DNA of 64,000 bases from a bacterium. Lineage in GTDB: Bacteria > JAGOBX01. The position numbers and the translations under genes were made by a program. Under the pieces are notes generated by a model. It did not search any database. It worked only from the letters and a program-made list of their open reading frames with translations, and was not told the DNA's origin. The stretch is taken from positions 703 through 64,702 of the forward strand of contig JAKPEO010000056.1 in the NCBI GenBank assembly GCA_029551925.1. The letters are read 5' to 3'. Each line of letters opens with the position of its first letter. The first letter of the stretch is position 1. This document shows positions 9,582 through 20,085 of the stretch, in pieces.

Positions 9582-10433
9582 ATGGCGAATAATTCAAAAT
9601 TGAAAATTATTATTACAATAGATTGCGATTTTGCAGATTATTTTCCTTTTGATAACAAAATAAAATTTAACGATACTGCGTGTTATACTGAAATTTTGGC
9701 GACTTTATCGTTAGTTAAAGAATTGAATGTTCCAGCTTGTTTTTTGCCGCATACTTCAATATACATTCGGCGCTGTCATAACAATATATTTTTTACTAAA
9801 CTCGACTATCGAAAATTATGGAAATCAATATTTAATCAGGGCTATGATATTGGTTTGCATCCGCACGAAGAATCGCCGGCCGGCAAATATTATTATTATT
9901 CCATACCAAAATATATGAATGAAATTATAAAATATCATAAAGAAGAATTGCAGAGTTTTGGAGTAATCCCGACTGCCGTTAGATTTGGTTATTTTTGTTT
10001 GACTGAATGGAGTATTCCAATATTAGAAAAATATAATATACTGTTGTCTTTTGATAATATGGGCGGATATATCGGGTGCGTATCAAATCATTTTGAAGAT
10101 GCGCCGCTAAATGAATATTATTATTCGTATGAAAATAAAGAAAAACCCGGAAATTCTAAAATTTTAGCGATACCATTAGGTATGATTGAAAATAAAAGAT
10201 TATGGCAGGGGTTGGTGCCAGAAGCTAATAGTATTGAAGAACAAAAACAATTAATAGATGAATTATATTTACGTGCGCAAAATAGAGAACAAGGCTTAAC
10301 TGTTAATTTATTGATGCATAGTTATAACACAACAAAAAATTATAAAAAACATAAGAAAATAATAGAATATATCAAGACTAAAGCACAGTTTGTTAATTGC
10401 GAAGATATACTCTCAACGCATAAAAATTTCTAA
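9582..10433 (+). CDS. hypothetical protein (possibly polysaccharide deacetylase-like metal hydrolase)
   Basis: The ORF is real-looking. The function guess rests on weak cues only: IIITIDCDF, GLHPHEE, and its position next to a glycosyltransferase. Confidence 0.3.
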   Translation: MANNSKLKIIITIDCDFADYFPFDNKIKFNDTACYTEILATLSLVKELNVPACFLPHTSIYIRRCHNNIFFTKLDYRKLWKSIFNQGYDIGLHPHEESPAGKYYYYSIPKYMNEIIKYHKEELQSFGVIPTAVRFGYFCLTEWSIPILEKYNILLSFDNMGGYIGCVSNHFEDAPLNEYYYSYENKEKPGNSKILAIPLGMIENKRLWQGLVPEANSIEEQKQLIDELYLRAQNREQGLTVNLLMHSYNTTKNYKKHKKIIEYIKTKAQFVNCEDILSTHKNF

Positions 10434-10462
10434 AATAAAAAGATAAAAGGCAGTAAATAAAA

Positions 10463-11602
10463 ATGAAAAAATTAGCGCATATAATAACAAAATTGGAATT
10501 AGGCGGCGCGCAGTTAAATACGATTTATACAGTTAATTATTTTGCGGAAAAAAATTATGAAGTATATTTGATAACCGGCACCGGCGGTATAGTGGATAAA
10601 TCAATAATTTCTTCAAAAGTAAAAATTATTGAGATAGAGGAATTAGCGCGCGAAATTAATATTTTAAAAGATTTGATTGCATTTTTTAGGATTTTTTGGC
10701 TGTGTAGAAAATATAAATTTGATATTGTTCATACTCATAGTTCAAAAGCTGGGATACTGGGCAGGTTGGCGGCGTATTTAGCGTTTGTTCCTAAAATTAT
10801 TCATACAGTTCACGGCTGGGGATTTACGCCGCTGCAATCAGAAATAGCATATAAAACATTTGTTTTATTAGAAAGATTATGCGCAAAAATTACTGATAAA
10901 TTAGTTGTAGTAGCTGATGACAATTGCAATAAGGGCTTAAAAAATAAAATCGGCGAAAAAACGCAATATATTACAATTCGCAGCGGTATAGATTTATCGT
11001 TATTTCCGTATCAAGTATATAATTTGCCAAAAGATGATAGATTGAAATTTCGCGAACGATTAGGATTGAATGCAGATGATATTGTGATTACTATGACTGC
11101 GTGTTTCAAACTGCAGAAAAATCCGATAGAATTTGTCAAGATTGCGAAATTATTGATTGATAAAAAATATAATAATTTAAAATTTATTATAGTGGGCGAC
11201 GGCGAATTGCGAAAAGAAATAGAACAAGAAATAGTAAAAAATAATTTGCGCGATTATTTTATATTGTTGGGCTGGTATAAAAATATAACTGAAATTCTGT
11301 ATGCGTCAGATATATTTTGTCTGACATCATTATGGGAAGGGCTGCCGCGCGCTATAATAGAAGCATACGCCGCCGGCTTGCCTATTGTAGCGACTAATGT
11401 AGATGGCAATAAAGAAATAGTCTTGCATAATATTACTGGTTATTTATATGAAAACTATCAGATATTTGAAGCGGCACATTACTTAGAATTATTGATAAAT
11501 GATAAAGATAGAAGAATGGAATTTGGCAGATTAGGCAATTATTTTATTAATCCTGAATTTAGTTTGAATTTAATGTTGGAAACAATAGAAAAAATTTATT
11601 GA
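10463..11602 (+). CDS. glycosyltransferase, GT4 family (GT-B fold)
   Basis: N-terminal KLELGGAQ. C-terminal EGLPRAIIEAYAAGLPIVATNVDGNKEIV, the typical E-x7-E region. Confidence 0.85.
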   Translation: MKKLAHIITKLELGGAQLNTIYTVNYFAEKNYEVYLITGTGGIVDKSIISSKVKIIEIEELAREINILKDLIAFFRIFWLCRKYKFDIVHTHSSKAGILGRLAAYLAFVPKIIHTVHGWGFTPLQSEIAYKTFVLLERLCAKITDKLVVVADDNCNKGLKNKIGEKTQYITIRSGIDLSLFPYQVYNLPKDDRLKFRERLGLNADDIVITMTACFKLQKNPIEFVKIAKLLIDKKYNNLKFIIVGDGELRKEIEQEIVKNNLRDYFILLGWYKNITEILYASDIFCLTSLWEGLPRAIIEAYAAGLPIVATNVDGNKEIVLHNITGYLYENYQIFEAAHYLELLINDKDRRMEFGRLGNYFINPEFSLNLMLETIEKIY

Positions 11603-11660
11603 CTTAATAATAAAAAAATATTATAATAATACGATTTAATTTTTGTATGTTGAACGATTA

Positions 11661-14534
11661 ATGAATTATAAGAAAAATGCAGCGCTAATTTTATTTTGTC
11701 TGAGTATTTATTTTTTTTCATTACATACTCGACTAATAGCCCAACCGATAGATAAAAATAAAAATATCTATATTTATACATTAAATAAAGCAATATCGTT
11801 TGATACAAAATTGATTGAAAATTTTAAGTGGCTTGATAATTATCAAAAATATTTAGAATATGGCGTAATTGCCGCCGGCGCTGGCGCCGTGCCTGCTAAT
11901 GATACATTTATTAGATTGCTTGATTTGTCTTATTATAAAAAAAATACCGGGTTATTTTATTATTCTATTCCGTTAAATTCTTTTGATGAATTCAATAGAT
12001 TAAGCGAAGTGCAGAGCGTTAGAAATTATATTGAAATGATTGAAACCGAGATTTCAAAAATTAGTAATACATTAAAAACAGGAAATGCGGAAGTTTCGGC
12101 ATTTTATTTAGGAGCACTTGCAAAATATATTACAAATTTAGCGCTGTGGAATTATGCGTTAGGTCGAAATTCGCATATAGGCCAAGCTAAAACAGAAGTT
12201 ATAATAGAATTTTTTGACGAATTAGATAAATTTATTAGTTCAAATAATAATTTCAAAATTGATAGAAGTATTGAATGGGACGGGCTTGTCGAAGAATTTG
12301 ACGCTGTTAATTTTGTAGTTGAGATGATAAAAAATTCTGCTTTTGATTATTATAATCCTTTAAGAAATCGCGATGCGTTAGCTATGTATAATCAGACATT
12401 AATGTCTGATGCTTTGAATAAAAGTATAACAGCAGATAAAACATTAAAAACTTTATCAGGCGAATATGTTTCATATCAAGATTGGAAAGACGATTATATA
12501 AAAAGAATATCTGAAACTTTAAATCTTGCAACAAATTATTTTTATGAATTACTATTGAAATTACCTGCGCTTGATACAAGACCGGCAGTGGAAATTGCGA
12601 AGTTAAGTTATGAAGCGAATGACAGACGCGTGCGATTATTCTGGGATTTGAATATTAATCGCAGAGTTGAACGGCAATTAATTTATCGTTTTAATTCCAA
12701 TCGTAAAGTTTGGGAATATTTAAGCGCCGCGCCTGGCGGCACGCAAAGTTATATAGTAGATAATTTAGAAAATGGTAAGCAGTATATTTTTAAAGTGACA
12801 GTTCAAGAATATTTAAGACCAGAATCAGTCGGTAAACAGATTACCGCTGTGCCGATAGATAATGTTCCGCCGGCAAAACCGCCGAAATTAATAGTTCAGC
12901 CGCTTAATAAAGCAGTTTCGCTAAAATTATCCGCTAAACAAACAGATTATGATTTAGCAAATTATTTGTTGTATGTTTATGACGACAGCGAACAGTTGAT
13001 AAGAAATATAGAACTGCCAAAAGATTTTGGGACATTTATAATTGATAATTTAAAAAACAAAAGAAAATATAAAATTGCGCTTAGCGCTGTTGATAAAGCT
13101 TTGAATGAAAGTCAAGAGTCAAGTGTTTCCTACGCTGAACCGATGGATACGCAGCCGCCACTTTCTATAATAAATTTACAAGCGCAAGGCGTTAATAATA
13201 AAATAACAATAACTTGGGACCAGCCGAAAAATCAATTTAATGATATAGATTATCAGATTGTGCGGTTATATGATAATACAAATAAAATTTTGAGAGAAGT
13301 CAAACTTGCGGCTAATGTTAAATATTATTTTTTTGATGATGTGTTCAATGATTATACTTATAAAATCGGAATAATCAATATTGATGAAGAAGATAATAAA
13401 AGTAAAGAAATTAATGTTAGCGTTATTCCTGTAATGCAAGGCGATTATTATGATTTACAGAAGCCGGATATAGTAATTAATGATGTTAATCCATTTGTGA
13501 AAATATATGATTGGAATAATGATAAATATTTAGATTTAGTTGCTTTTTCTAATGAAAATGAACTTTTACTTCTTGAAAATAAAAAAAATGAATTTATTAA
13601 AAAAGCGACAAATATAAAATTGTCAAACAGCGAACAACTGAAAAAAATTATAATTTGCGATTTTAATAATAACAATAAAAAAGATATATTGATTCTTGCG
13701 GATAATACCATAACGATTTTTGCTGAAAATATTAATAATAAATACGAAGAAATAAAATATTTAAAAATTAATAATAATACGAATATTAAACAAATATATG
13801 ATGTGAATATTGATGATGATAAAAAAAACGATTTATTGATTTTATATAATTCTGGCGAACTTGCAATTTATCGAAATATCGGAAATTACAATTTTGAATT
13901 AGTAAACGCGGAAATGGGAATAGAAGTTATTGATAGATTTTCATATATTATTCCATTTGATTATAATAATGACGGGTTGACAGATTTTTTAGCGCAAACG
14001 AATTATATTATGGATAAAAATCATTTTATTTTATTTGAGAATAACAATGGAAAATTCTACAAAAAAAATATTTTACAAAATGTATTTCTTGATATTTTAA
14101 ATTGGACAAGCGCAGATTTTAATTTTGACGGCAGAAAAGATTTATTTTTATCTTTTGCTAATGCTAAAATTGGCGATAAGATTTTGAATAATATTTTATT
14201 GTTAAATTTTAAAGATAAAGGCTTTGTTTTTTCATATAAAAATTCGCCGTTTTTGAACACAGATAATCCTATAACAATATCTGAATATATAGATTATAAT
14301 GCAGACAAGAAAAAAGATTTGATTACTTATTCTATTGATAATATTTTTAAAATTTGGCGAAATAACGAGAAATTTAATTTTGACGAAACAGCGGAATTTA
14401 CTGTTTCTGGTTTGAAATATTTAACGCAAATAATTACAGCAGATATAGATAATGACGGCGATGACGATATAATATTAGTGTTAAATGATAACATAAAAAT
14501 ATATAAAAATAGATCTAATACTTATATTAAATAA
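11661..14534 (+). CDS. large secreted protein: unknown N-terminal domain, about 3-4 fibronectin-III-like repeats, FG-GAP/VCBS-type beta-propeller repeats
   Basis: ATG at 11661 gives signal peptide MNYKKNAALILFCLSIYFF. Repeated PPxxP-delimited ~95-aa modules occur (NLENGKQYIFKV, NLKNKRKYKIAL). C-terminal repeats include DFNNNNKKDILIL, DDDKKNDLLIL, DYNNDGLTDF, DFNFDGRKDL and DIDNDGDDDIIL. Confidence 0.7.
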   Translation: MNYKKNAALILFCLSIYFFSLHTRLIAQPIDKNKNIYIYTLNKAISFDTKLIENFKWLDNYQKYLEYGVIAAGAGAVPANDTFIRLLDLSYYKKNTGLFYYSIPLNSFDEFNRLSEVQSVRNYIEMIETEISKISNTLKTGNAEVSAFYLGALAKYITNLALWNYALGRNSHIGQAKTEVIIEFFDELDKFISSNNNFKIDRSIEWDGLVEEFDAVNFVVEMIKNSAFDYYNPLRNRDALAMYNQTLMSDALNKSITADKTLKTLSGEYVSYQDWKDDYIKRISETLNLATNYFYELLLKLPALDTRPAVEIAKLSYEANDRRVRLFWDLNINRRVERQLIYRFNSNRKVWEYLSAAPGGTQSYIVDNLENGKQYIFKVTVQEYLRPESVGKQITAVPIDNVPPAKPPKLIVQPLNKAVSLKLSAKQTDYDLANYLLYVYDDSEQLIRNIELPKDFGTFIIDNLKNKRKYKIALSAVDKALNESQESSVSYAEPMDTQPPLSIINLQAQGVNNKITITWDQPKNQFNDIDYQIVRLYDNTNKILREVKLAANVKYYFFDDVFNDYTYKIGIINIDEEDNKSKEINVSVIPVMQGDYYDLQKPDIVINDVNPFVKIYDWNNDKYLDLVAFSNENELLLLENKKNEFIKKATNIKLSNSEQLKKIIICDFNNNNKKDILILADNTITIFAENINNKYEEIKYLKINNNTNIKQIYDVNIDDDKKNDLLILYNSGELAIYRNIGNYNFELVNAEMGIEVIDRFSYIIPFDYNNDGLTDFLAQTNYIMDKNHFILFENNNGKFYKKNILQNVFLDILNWTSADFNFDGRKDLFLSFANAKIGDKILNNILLLNFKDKGFVFSYKNSPFLNTDNPITISEYIDYNADKKKDLITYSIDNIFKIWRNNEKFNFDETAEFTVSGLKYLTQIITADIDNDGDDDIILVLNDNIKIYKNRSNTYIK

Positions 14535-14540
14535 GAGCGG

Positions 14541-15623
14541 ATGGTTAAAATGAAAATCGAATCTCTATTGTTTTTGGTTTTTATAATTTGTTTTAGCGCT
14601 GTCGGAATTTTTGCCGAATCAAATATTTCTACGAGATATTTTTATAATTCAAAATTAAAACTAAATGATAATATTAAGTTCACTGGAAATTTTATTGATT
14701 TTATTATAGGTCAAGAAATAAATAAAAATTTATATGCGGGCGCGTCTTTTGGCAATTGGTTAATACAATTAGAAGATGTTAATTTGAAATTAGATGTAAA
14801 GGACAATTTAGTATACGGCTTAATGGTTAAACTAACAGCACCGCTACCTAATGATTTCAGCATTGAAAGCGAACTAAATTATATTCATACTATCGGAGAT
14901 AATTATATTGAAACAGCCGCTATTTCTGATTTTCGCGTATATATGTTTTCAAATGATTTGTTGTTAAAAAAAAGATTTAATAAATTCGGAATAGCAGCTG
15001 GATTACAATATAGTGATTTGTATATAAAATCTTCTATATCTTCATTGCCGAATTTTTATATATTTGATTTAAAGAATAAAAATCAATTTTCTTATAAAAT
15101 TTTATTTGACTTTGCAATTTGGAAAAATTTTGATGCTACACTTTCAGTGGCAAATAGAACTGTCAGTGCTGCTGTTAAATATTCGTTTAAATTAGACAAT
15201 AATGCCGACCAGCCTTTAAAAACTGCGGAATTATCTGAAAAAAATAAAACAGAAATTTTTCAAAAAGATAAAGATATTATTGTTGAAAATAATAAAAAAA
15301 CGGAAGAGAGCAATGCAGATGTTTTAGCAGAAGAAGAAAATAATAATTCAAAAGAGAACGAGCAGGAAAAAAAAGAAATAGAATTTATCAATCATCAAGA
15401 TATGCCGGTTTTATTTACAATATATGACGATTTAAGAAATAAAGGAATAATATTATTGAGAACAGGCAATTATAATGACGCCTTAAATTGTTTTTTATCC
15501 GCAAAAAATAGCAGACCAGAAAATCCTGAGATTTATAAATTGATAGCAGAAACTTATGAAAAATTAGGGAATTTAGAAGAAGCAATAAAGAATTATGATA
15601 AAGCATTAAATTTAATGCGCTAA
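14541..15623 (+). CDS. hypothetical outer-membrane-like protein with acidic linker and C-terminal TPR
   Basis: Signal peptide, ~200 aa with alternating beta-strand-like pattern, an E/K/N-rich linker, then a TPR-like end (GNYNDALNCFLSA ... YEKLGNLEEAIKNYDKAL). Confidence 0.45.
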   Translation: MVKMKIESLLFLVFIICFSAVGIFAESNISTRYFYNSKLKLNDNIKFTGNFIDFIIGQEINKNLYAGASFGNWLIQLEDVNLKLDVKDNLVYGLMVKLTAPLPNDFSIESELNYIHTIGDNYIETAAISDFRVYMFSNDLLLKKRFNKFGIAAGLQYSDLYIKSSISSLPNFYIFDLKNKNQFSYKILFDFAIWKNFDATLSVANRTVSAAVKYSFKLDNNADQPLKTAELSEKNKTEIFQKDKDIIVENNKKTEESNADVLAEEENNNSKENEQEKKEIEFINHQDMPVLFTIYDDLRNKGIILLRTGNYNDALNCFLSAKNSRPENPEIYKLIAETYEKLGNLEEAIKNYDKALNLMR

Positions 15624-15645
15624 AAAAGTGTAGGTGTAAAATTTA

Positions 15646-17652
15646 ATGGATAGACGATTAGATATTTTATGCGCAAATACTATTAGGGTATTATCAGCGG
15701 ATGCGATAGAAAAAGCGAATTCTGGTCATCCGGGCTTGCCGCTTGGCGCTGTTGATTTTGCCTATATTTTATGGCTGAAATTTTTGAGACATTATAATAA
15801 AGAACCTAAATGGCTAAATCGCGATAGATTTGTGTTGTCTGCTGGGCACGGGTCAATGCTTTTGTATTCGCTGCTTCATTTATTTGATTATCCGATGCCG
15901 CTTGACGAAATAAAAAAATTTCGGCAGATAGGCAGTTTAACGCCTGGACATCCGGAATACGGCCATACTATCGGCGTAGAAACTACGACAGGACCGTTAG
16001 GTCAAGGTTTTGCAAATGCCGTAGGTATGGCAATAGCTGAAAAAATGATGCAAGCGCGATTAAATAAATTTGGCAAAGAAATTATTAATCATAAAATATT
16101 TGTTCTTGCTGGCGACGGCTGTATAATGGAAGGTATTACAAGCGAAGCCGCGTCATTTGCCGGGCATTTGTGTTTGAATAATTTGATTGTTGTTTATGAC
16201 GATAATAATATTACAATTGAAGGAAATACTAATATAACATTTAGCGAAGATGTATGTAAAAAATTTGAAGCGATGGGCTGGGATACTTATTCTATTGATG
16301 GGCATAATTTTGACGAAATAGAACAGACATTTGAAAAAGTTTTGAAAAATCAAGAAAAACCAGTATTAATAAAGGCAAAAACAATAATAGGTAAAGGCGC
16401 GCCGACAAAAAATAATCATTGCGATGTTCACGGTTCGCCGTTAGGCAAAGAAGAATTGCGAAGATTAAAAGAAAATTTGGGATTTAATCCGGACGAATAT
16501 TTTGCGATTTCGCAAGAAGTTTATGATGTTTTCAAAAAGAGAAATGAATATTTAGAAAAACAATATAAAGAATGGCAAAAAGAATTTGAAGAATTGTATC
16601 ATAATAACAGCGAATTTCGGAGAGTTTATGATTTATATTTTAATAATGAAATCAAATTAGAAAATTTAAAAGAAGATTTGTATAAATTATTTGAAAAAGA
16701 TAAAAGTATCGCTACGCGCGCAGCGAGCGGAAAAATAATGAATTTTATTTCTGAACAAATACCTGCGCTTATCGGCGGCTCTGCTGATTTAGGCACTTCG
16801 ACAAAGACGATATTAGATAAATATCCGTTTATTGAAAAAAATAAATTTGACGGCAGGAATTTTCATTTCGGAGTGCGCGAGCATTCAATGGCTGCAATTT
16901 GCAATGGTATCGCATTATACGGCGGTTTTATTCCATATTGCTCGTCATTTTTTGTATTTACTGATTATTTGAGACCAGCGCTTCGTTTATCTGCGTTAAT
17001 GAAATTGCAAGTGATTTATATTATGACTCACGATTCTATTTTTGTTGGCGAAGACGGACCTACGCATCAGCCGATAGAACAAGCGATGTGCTGCAGAATG
17101 ATTCCTAATTTATTAGTATTCAGACCGGCTGATGCTATTGAGACAGTAGATGTTTGGCTTAAAGCATTAGCTGAAAAAAATAGACCGTCATTGGTATTAT
17201 TAACTCGTCAAAATTTACCGATTATAGATAGAAAAAAATATAATCAATCGGAAGCGGCAAAAGGCGGGTATATAATAAAAAAAGAAAAGTCATCAGAAAA
17301 ATTAGATATGATAATAATTGCTACTGGTTCGGAAATAAGTATTTCGCTTGACGCGGCAGAAAAATTGGAAGAAGAAGGTTATAGTATTCGCGTAGTGAGT
17401 ATGCCGTGTTTTAAAATTTTTGACGAGCAATCAGAAGATTATAAAAATCATGTGTTGCCGAAGGATTGTAAAATGCGTATTGCTGTTGAAGCGGGCATTT
17501 CAAGCGGTTGGGAGCGCTATGTATTTGATAGAAACAATGTAATTGCAATTGACGAATTCGGTATTAGCGGTCCTGCTGATCAATTAGCAATTAAATTTGG
17601 TTTCACTTCGGAAAATATAATAAAAAAAATAAAAAAAAAATTGACATCATAA
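15646..17652 (+). CDS. tkt: transketolase (full length)
   Basis: 668 aa. Motifs SGHPG, GDGCIMEGITSEAASFAGH and THDSIFVGEDGPTHQPIEQ. Confidence 0.95.
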   Translation: MDRRLDILCANTIRVLSADAIEKANSGHPGLPLGAVDFAYILWLKFLRHYNKEPKWLNRDRFVLSAGHGSMLLYSLLHLFDYPMPLDEIKKFRQIGSLTPGHPEYGHTIGVETTTGPLGQGFANAVGMAIAEKMMQARLNKFGKEIINHKIFVLAGDGCIMEGITSEAASFAGHLCLNNLIVVYDDNNITIEGNTNITFSEDVCKKFEAMGWDTYSIDGHNFDEIEQTFEKVLKNQEKPVLIKAKTIIGKGAPTKNNHCDVHGSPLGKEELRRLKENLGFNPDEYFAISQEVYDVFKKRNEYLEKQYKEWQKEFEELYHNNSEFRRVYDLYFNNEIKLENLKEDLYKLFEKDKSIATRAASGKIMNFISEQIPALIGGSADLGTSTKTILDKYPFIEKNKFDGRNFHFGVREHSMAAICNGIALYGGFIPYCSSFFVFTDYLRPALRLSALMKLQVIYIMTHDSIFVGEDGPTHQPIEQAMCCRMIPNLLVFRPADAIETVDVWLKALAEKNRPSLVLLTRQNLPIIDRKKYNQSEAAKGGYIIKKEKSSEKLDMIIIATGSEISISLDAAEKLEEEGYSIRVVSMPCFKIFDEQSEDYKNHVLPKDCKMRIAVEAGISSGWERYVFDRNNVIAIDEFGISGPADQLAIKFGFTSENIIKKIKKKLTS

Positions 17653-17669
17653 TAAAAAAAAAGTAAAAT
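17641..17669 (+). promoter_or_regulatory. sigma70-type promoter candidate TTGACA-17-TAAAAT
   Basis: TTGACA at 17641-17646 (overlapping the last tkt codons) and TAAAAT at 17664-17669. Upstream of the REC-HDOD gene. Confidence 0.4.
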
Positions 17670-17700
17670 TTTGTAAATTTTTTTGGAGTTATATAATCAA

Positions 17701-18975
17701 ATGGCGCGGATATATTTTTTAAGTGATGATTCAGCGGAAATAGATAAAGTTTTAGCTGGGTTGGAGTTGAAATACAATGTAGAAGTATTCAAACAACTCA
17801 ATGAATTAATTGCAGAAATTGCCAAGCAGATACCTGATGTTTTAATATTAGACCATCAGTTCAAGCAAATAAATATTATTCAATTAGTGGAGAAATTAAA
17901 AGAAAAAGAGATATTTAAAAATATACCGATTATTATATTGACTACGCCTGAAAGCAGAAATGAAATTGTTAATTGCATAAAATTAGGAGTTAAAGATTTT
18001 TTAATCAAGCCGTATTTGACGAGTATATTATTGCAAAAGATAAAAAGTTTGATTACTCCTGAAACTTTGACTACTGGCGTAGCGCGAACAGCGCAATCAG
18101 GGACATTGAATGTCGTAGCAGAAGAAAAACGGAAAAAATTAATATTAGCGGAATTAGAAAATCTGCCTGCGTTTCCATTGATAGTGCAAAAGGTTATTCA
18201 AATAGCGAGCGACAGACATTCATCAGCTTCGGATTTTGAAAATGTAGTGAATAAAGACCAGACGCTTACAGCTAAAATGTTAAAAATGGCGAATTCACCA
18301 TTTTATAATTTACAGCGTGAAATAGTGCTTATTCGCGATGCGGTTGTTACGCTTGGCTATAATACTGTTAAGTCAATAGCGTTTGCCGCAGGTACAGGCG
18401 AGATATTTCAAAAAAATTTGCCGCAATATGGTTTGGCGCCGGGCGGCTTGTGGAAACATTCGTTGGGCTGCGCAATTGCGGCAAGAACAATAGCAAAAGA
18501 ATTTAATTATGACGATGATATGTCAGAAGAATTATTCGTCTGCGGATTATTACACGATATAGGCAAACTTGTTTTAGGCAAATTTATTTCGCGCGACGAT
18601 CAAGTTTATCTTGCGCCTGAAACCGGGATAAATAATATATGTCAGTTAGAAAAAAAACTTACCGGCTTTGACCATTCGGAATTAGGCGAGAAAATTGCTG
18701 AAAATTGGAAATTACCGGATGTAATCAAACAAGCGGCAAAATATCATCATATTCCAGACGAAGCAAGCGGTCATTCGCGCGATGTTACTATTGTTACTTT
18801 TGCTAATTATATCTGCAATTATTTAAAAATTGGTTATAGTAAAAAAAATAATTTTGAAGCGAAATTGATGGACAGCGTTCGCAGAAATCTTGATTTGAAT
18901 GATGAATTGATAAAGAAAATAATAGAAAAAGTTTCTGAAAATTTACAAGAAATTGATAAAATAGCGGGTTATTAA
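17701..18975 (+). CDS. response-regulator receiver fused to HDOD domain
   Basis: ATG at 17701; the ORF track starts at an upstream TTG. REC motifs DVLILDHQF and IKPY. HDOD region LPAFPLIVQKVIQ ... GLLHDIGKLVLG ... DHSELG. Confidence 0.8.
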   Translation: MARIYFLSDDSAEIDKVLAGLELKYNVEVFKQLNELIAEIAKQIPDVLILDHQFKQINIIQLVEKLKEKEIFKNIPIIILTTPESRNEIVNCIKLGVKDFLIKPYLTSILLQKIKSLITPETLTTGVARTAQSGTLNVVAEEKRKKLILAELENLPAFPLIVQKVIQIASDRHSSASDFENVVNKDQTLTAKMLKMANSPFYNLQREIVLIRDAVVTLGYNTVKSIAFAAGTGEIFQKNLPQYGLAPGGLWKHSLGCAIAARTIAKEFNYDDDMSEELFVCGLLHDIGKLVLGKFISRDDQVYLAPETGINNICQLEKKLTGFDHSELGEKIAENWKLPDVIKQAAKYHHIPDEASGHSRDVTIVTFANYICNYLKIGYSKKNNFEAKLMDSVRRNLDLNDELIKKIIEKVSENLQEIDKIAGY

Positions 18976-18979
18976 ATTT

Positions 18980-20065
18980 ATGTTGATTACAGAATTAGAT
19001 AGTTTTTATATTGATAATGTTAATAATTTAATGTATAAATCTGCTACTCCGGAAGAATTATACAAAAAATTAGACGAATTTTTTATAAATGAATTTGATA
19101 CATATTTTTATTCAGTGCTGTTGTTAGATGATAATGACAATAATTTTTATGTTGAACATTCTTGTATGCCTGGGCTGCAGCGATTAAAAAATAAATTATT
19201 GCCGTTATTTGAAAATAAGATATTGCGTCGGCTTTACGGGTTCGGCACATTAAAAGATTTTATTCCCGGCGAGAATTCATATATATCGATAGGCGGCGAA
19301 TATGTTGAACTTAATAATGCTATGACTATTGAATATAACAGCAGATTGATTGGCTTTTTTTTATTGCACGATAAAGGGTTATACGAGACAGAATATTCAG
19401 AAAAATTCAAATATTTATTAAAGCAATTAGCAAATGCGATTGTTATATTCAAGCGTTTGGAAGCTGAACGTTATTTGAATTTTACTTATTTATCGAATTT
19501 GAAGATTATGAAATTTCTCAATAGTCTTCTTAAAGAAAATTCTATTGAAGCGATATTTTATCGGATTTTAAATGATATTTATGAATTAACAGAAGCAGAA
19601 GCCGGCTGTGTTGCGCTGTTTAATGAAGAAGAATGGATAACACCTGCGGAATTAGGTATGAATATTAATATCCTGCACGCATTGAAATTTAGAGACGGTA
19701 TGAATTTGTTAGAGTTTGCTCAACAAGTGCAACAGATATATAATATCGAAGCGCCGCAGATAAGTGAACAATTGGATTTATCGCAACTTAAAGTGAATAT
19801 TAAGTCGATACTTATAGCACCAATTATAATAAACGGCGAATGCAATAATTTTGTAGTGATTGTTAATTATCATAAATTTTTAGATGAAAATACTATATTG
19901 TATATCCAAAAGATTACTGAAATCGCGGCAACAGCAATACAGAATTATGATATTTCGAATGATGCCGATTTGTCATTCCCAGAAAAAGAAGCAAAATTAA
20001 ATAATTTACGCGATAAATTTATCATTACATTAGAGACCTTGCTTGACCAGATAGAAATAAATTAA
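18980..20065 (+). CDS. hypothetical protein with two GAF-like modules
   Basis: Two ~150-aa halves, each ending with an 'RLIGFFLL / NNFVVIVNY' style beta-strand plus a helix. Only 4 nt downstream of the REC-HDOD gene. Assignment by pattern only. Confidence 0.4.
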   Translation: MLITELDSFYIDNVNNLMYKSATPEELYKKLDEFFINEFDTYFYSVLLLDDNDNNFYVEHSCMPGLQRLKNKLLPLFENKILRRLYGFGTLKDFIPGENSYISIGGEYVELNNAMTIEYNSRLIGFFLLHDKGLYETEYSEKFKYLLKQLANAIVIFKRLEAERYLNFTYLSNLKIMKFLNSLLKENSIEAIFYRILNDIYELTEAEAGCVALFNEEEWITPAELGMNINILHALKFRDGMNLLEFAQQVQQIYNIEAPQISEQLDLSQLKVNIKSILIAPIIINGECNNFVVIVNYHKFLDENTILYIQKITEIAATAIQNYDISNDADLSFPEKEAKLNNLRDKFIITLETLLDQIEIN

Positions 20066-20085
20066 AAAAAGGGGGAGCGGGTTTT

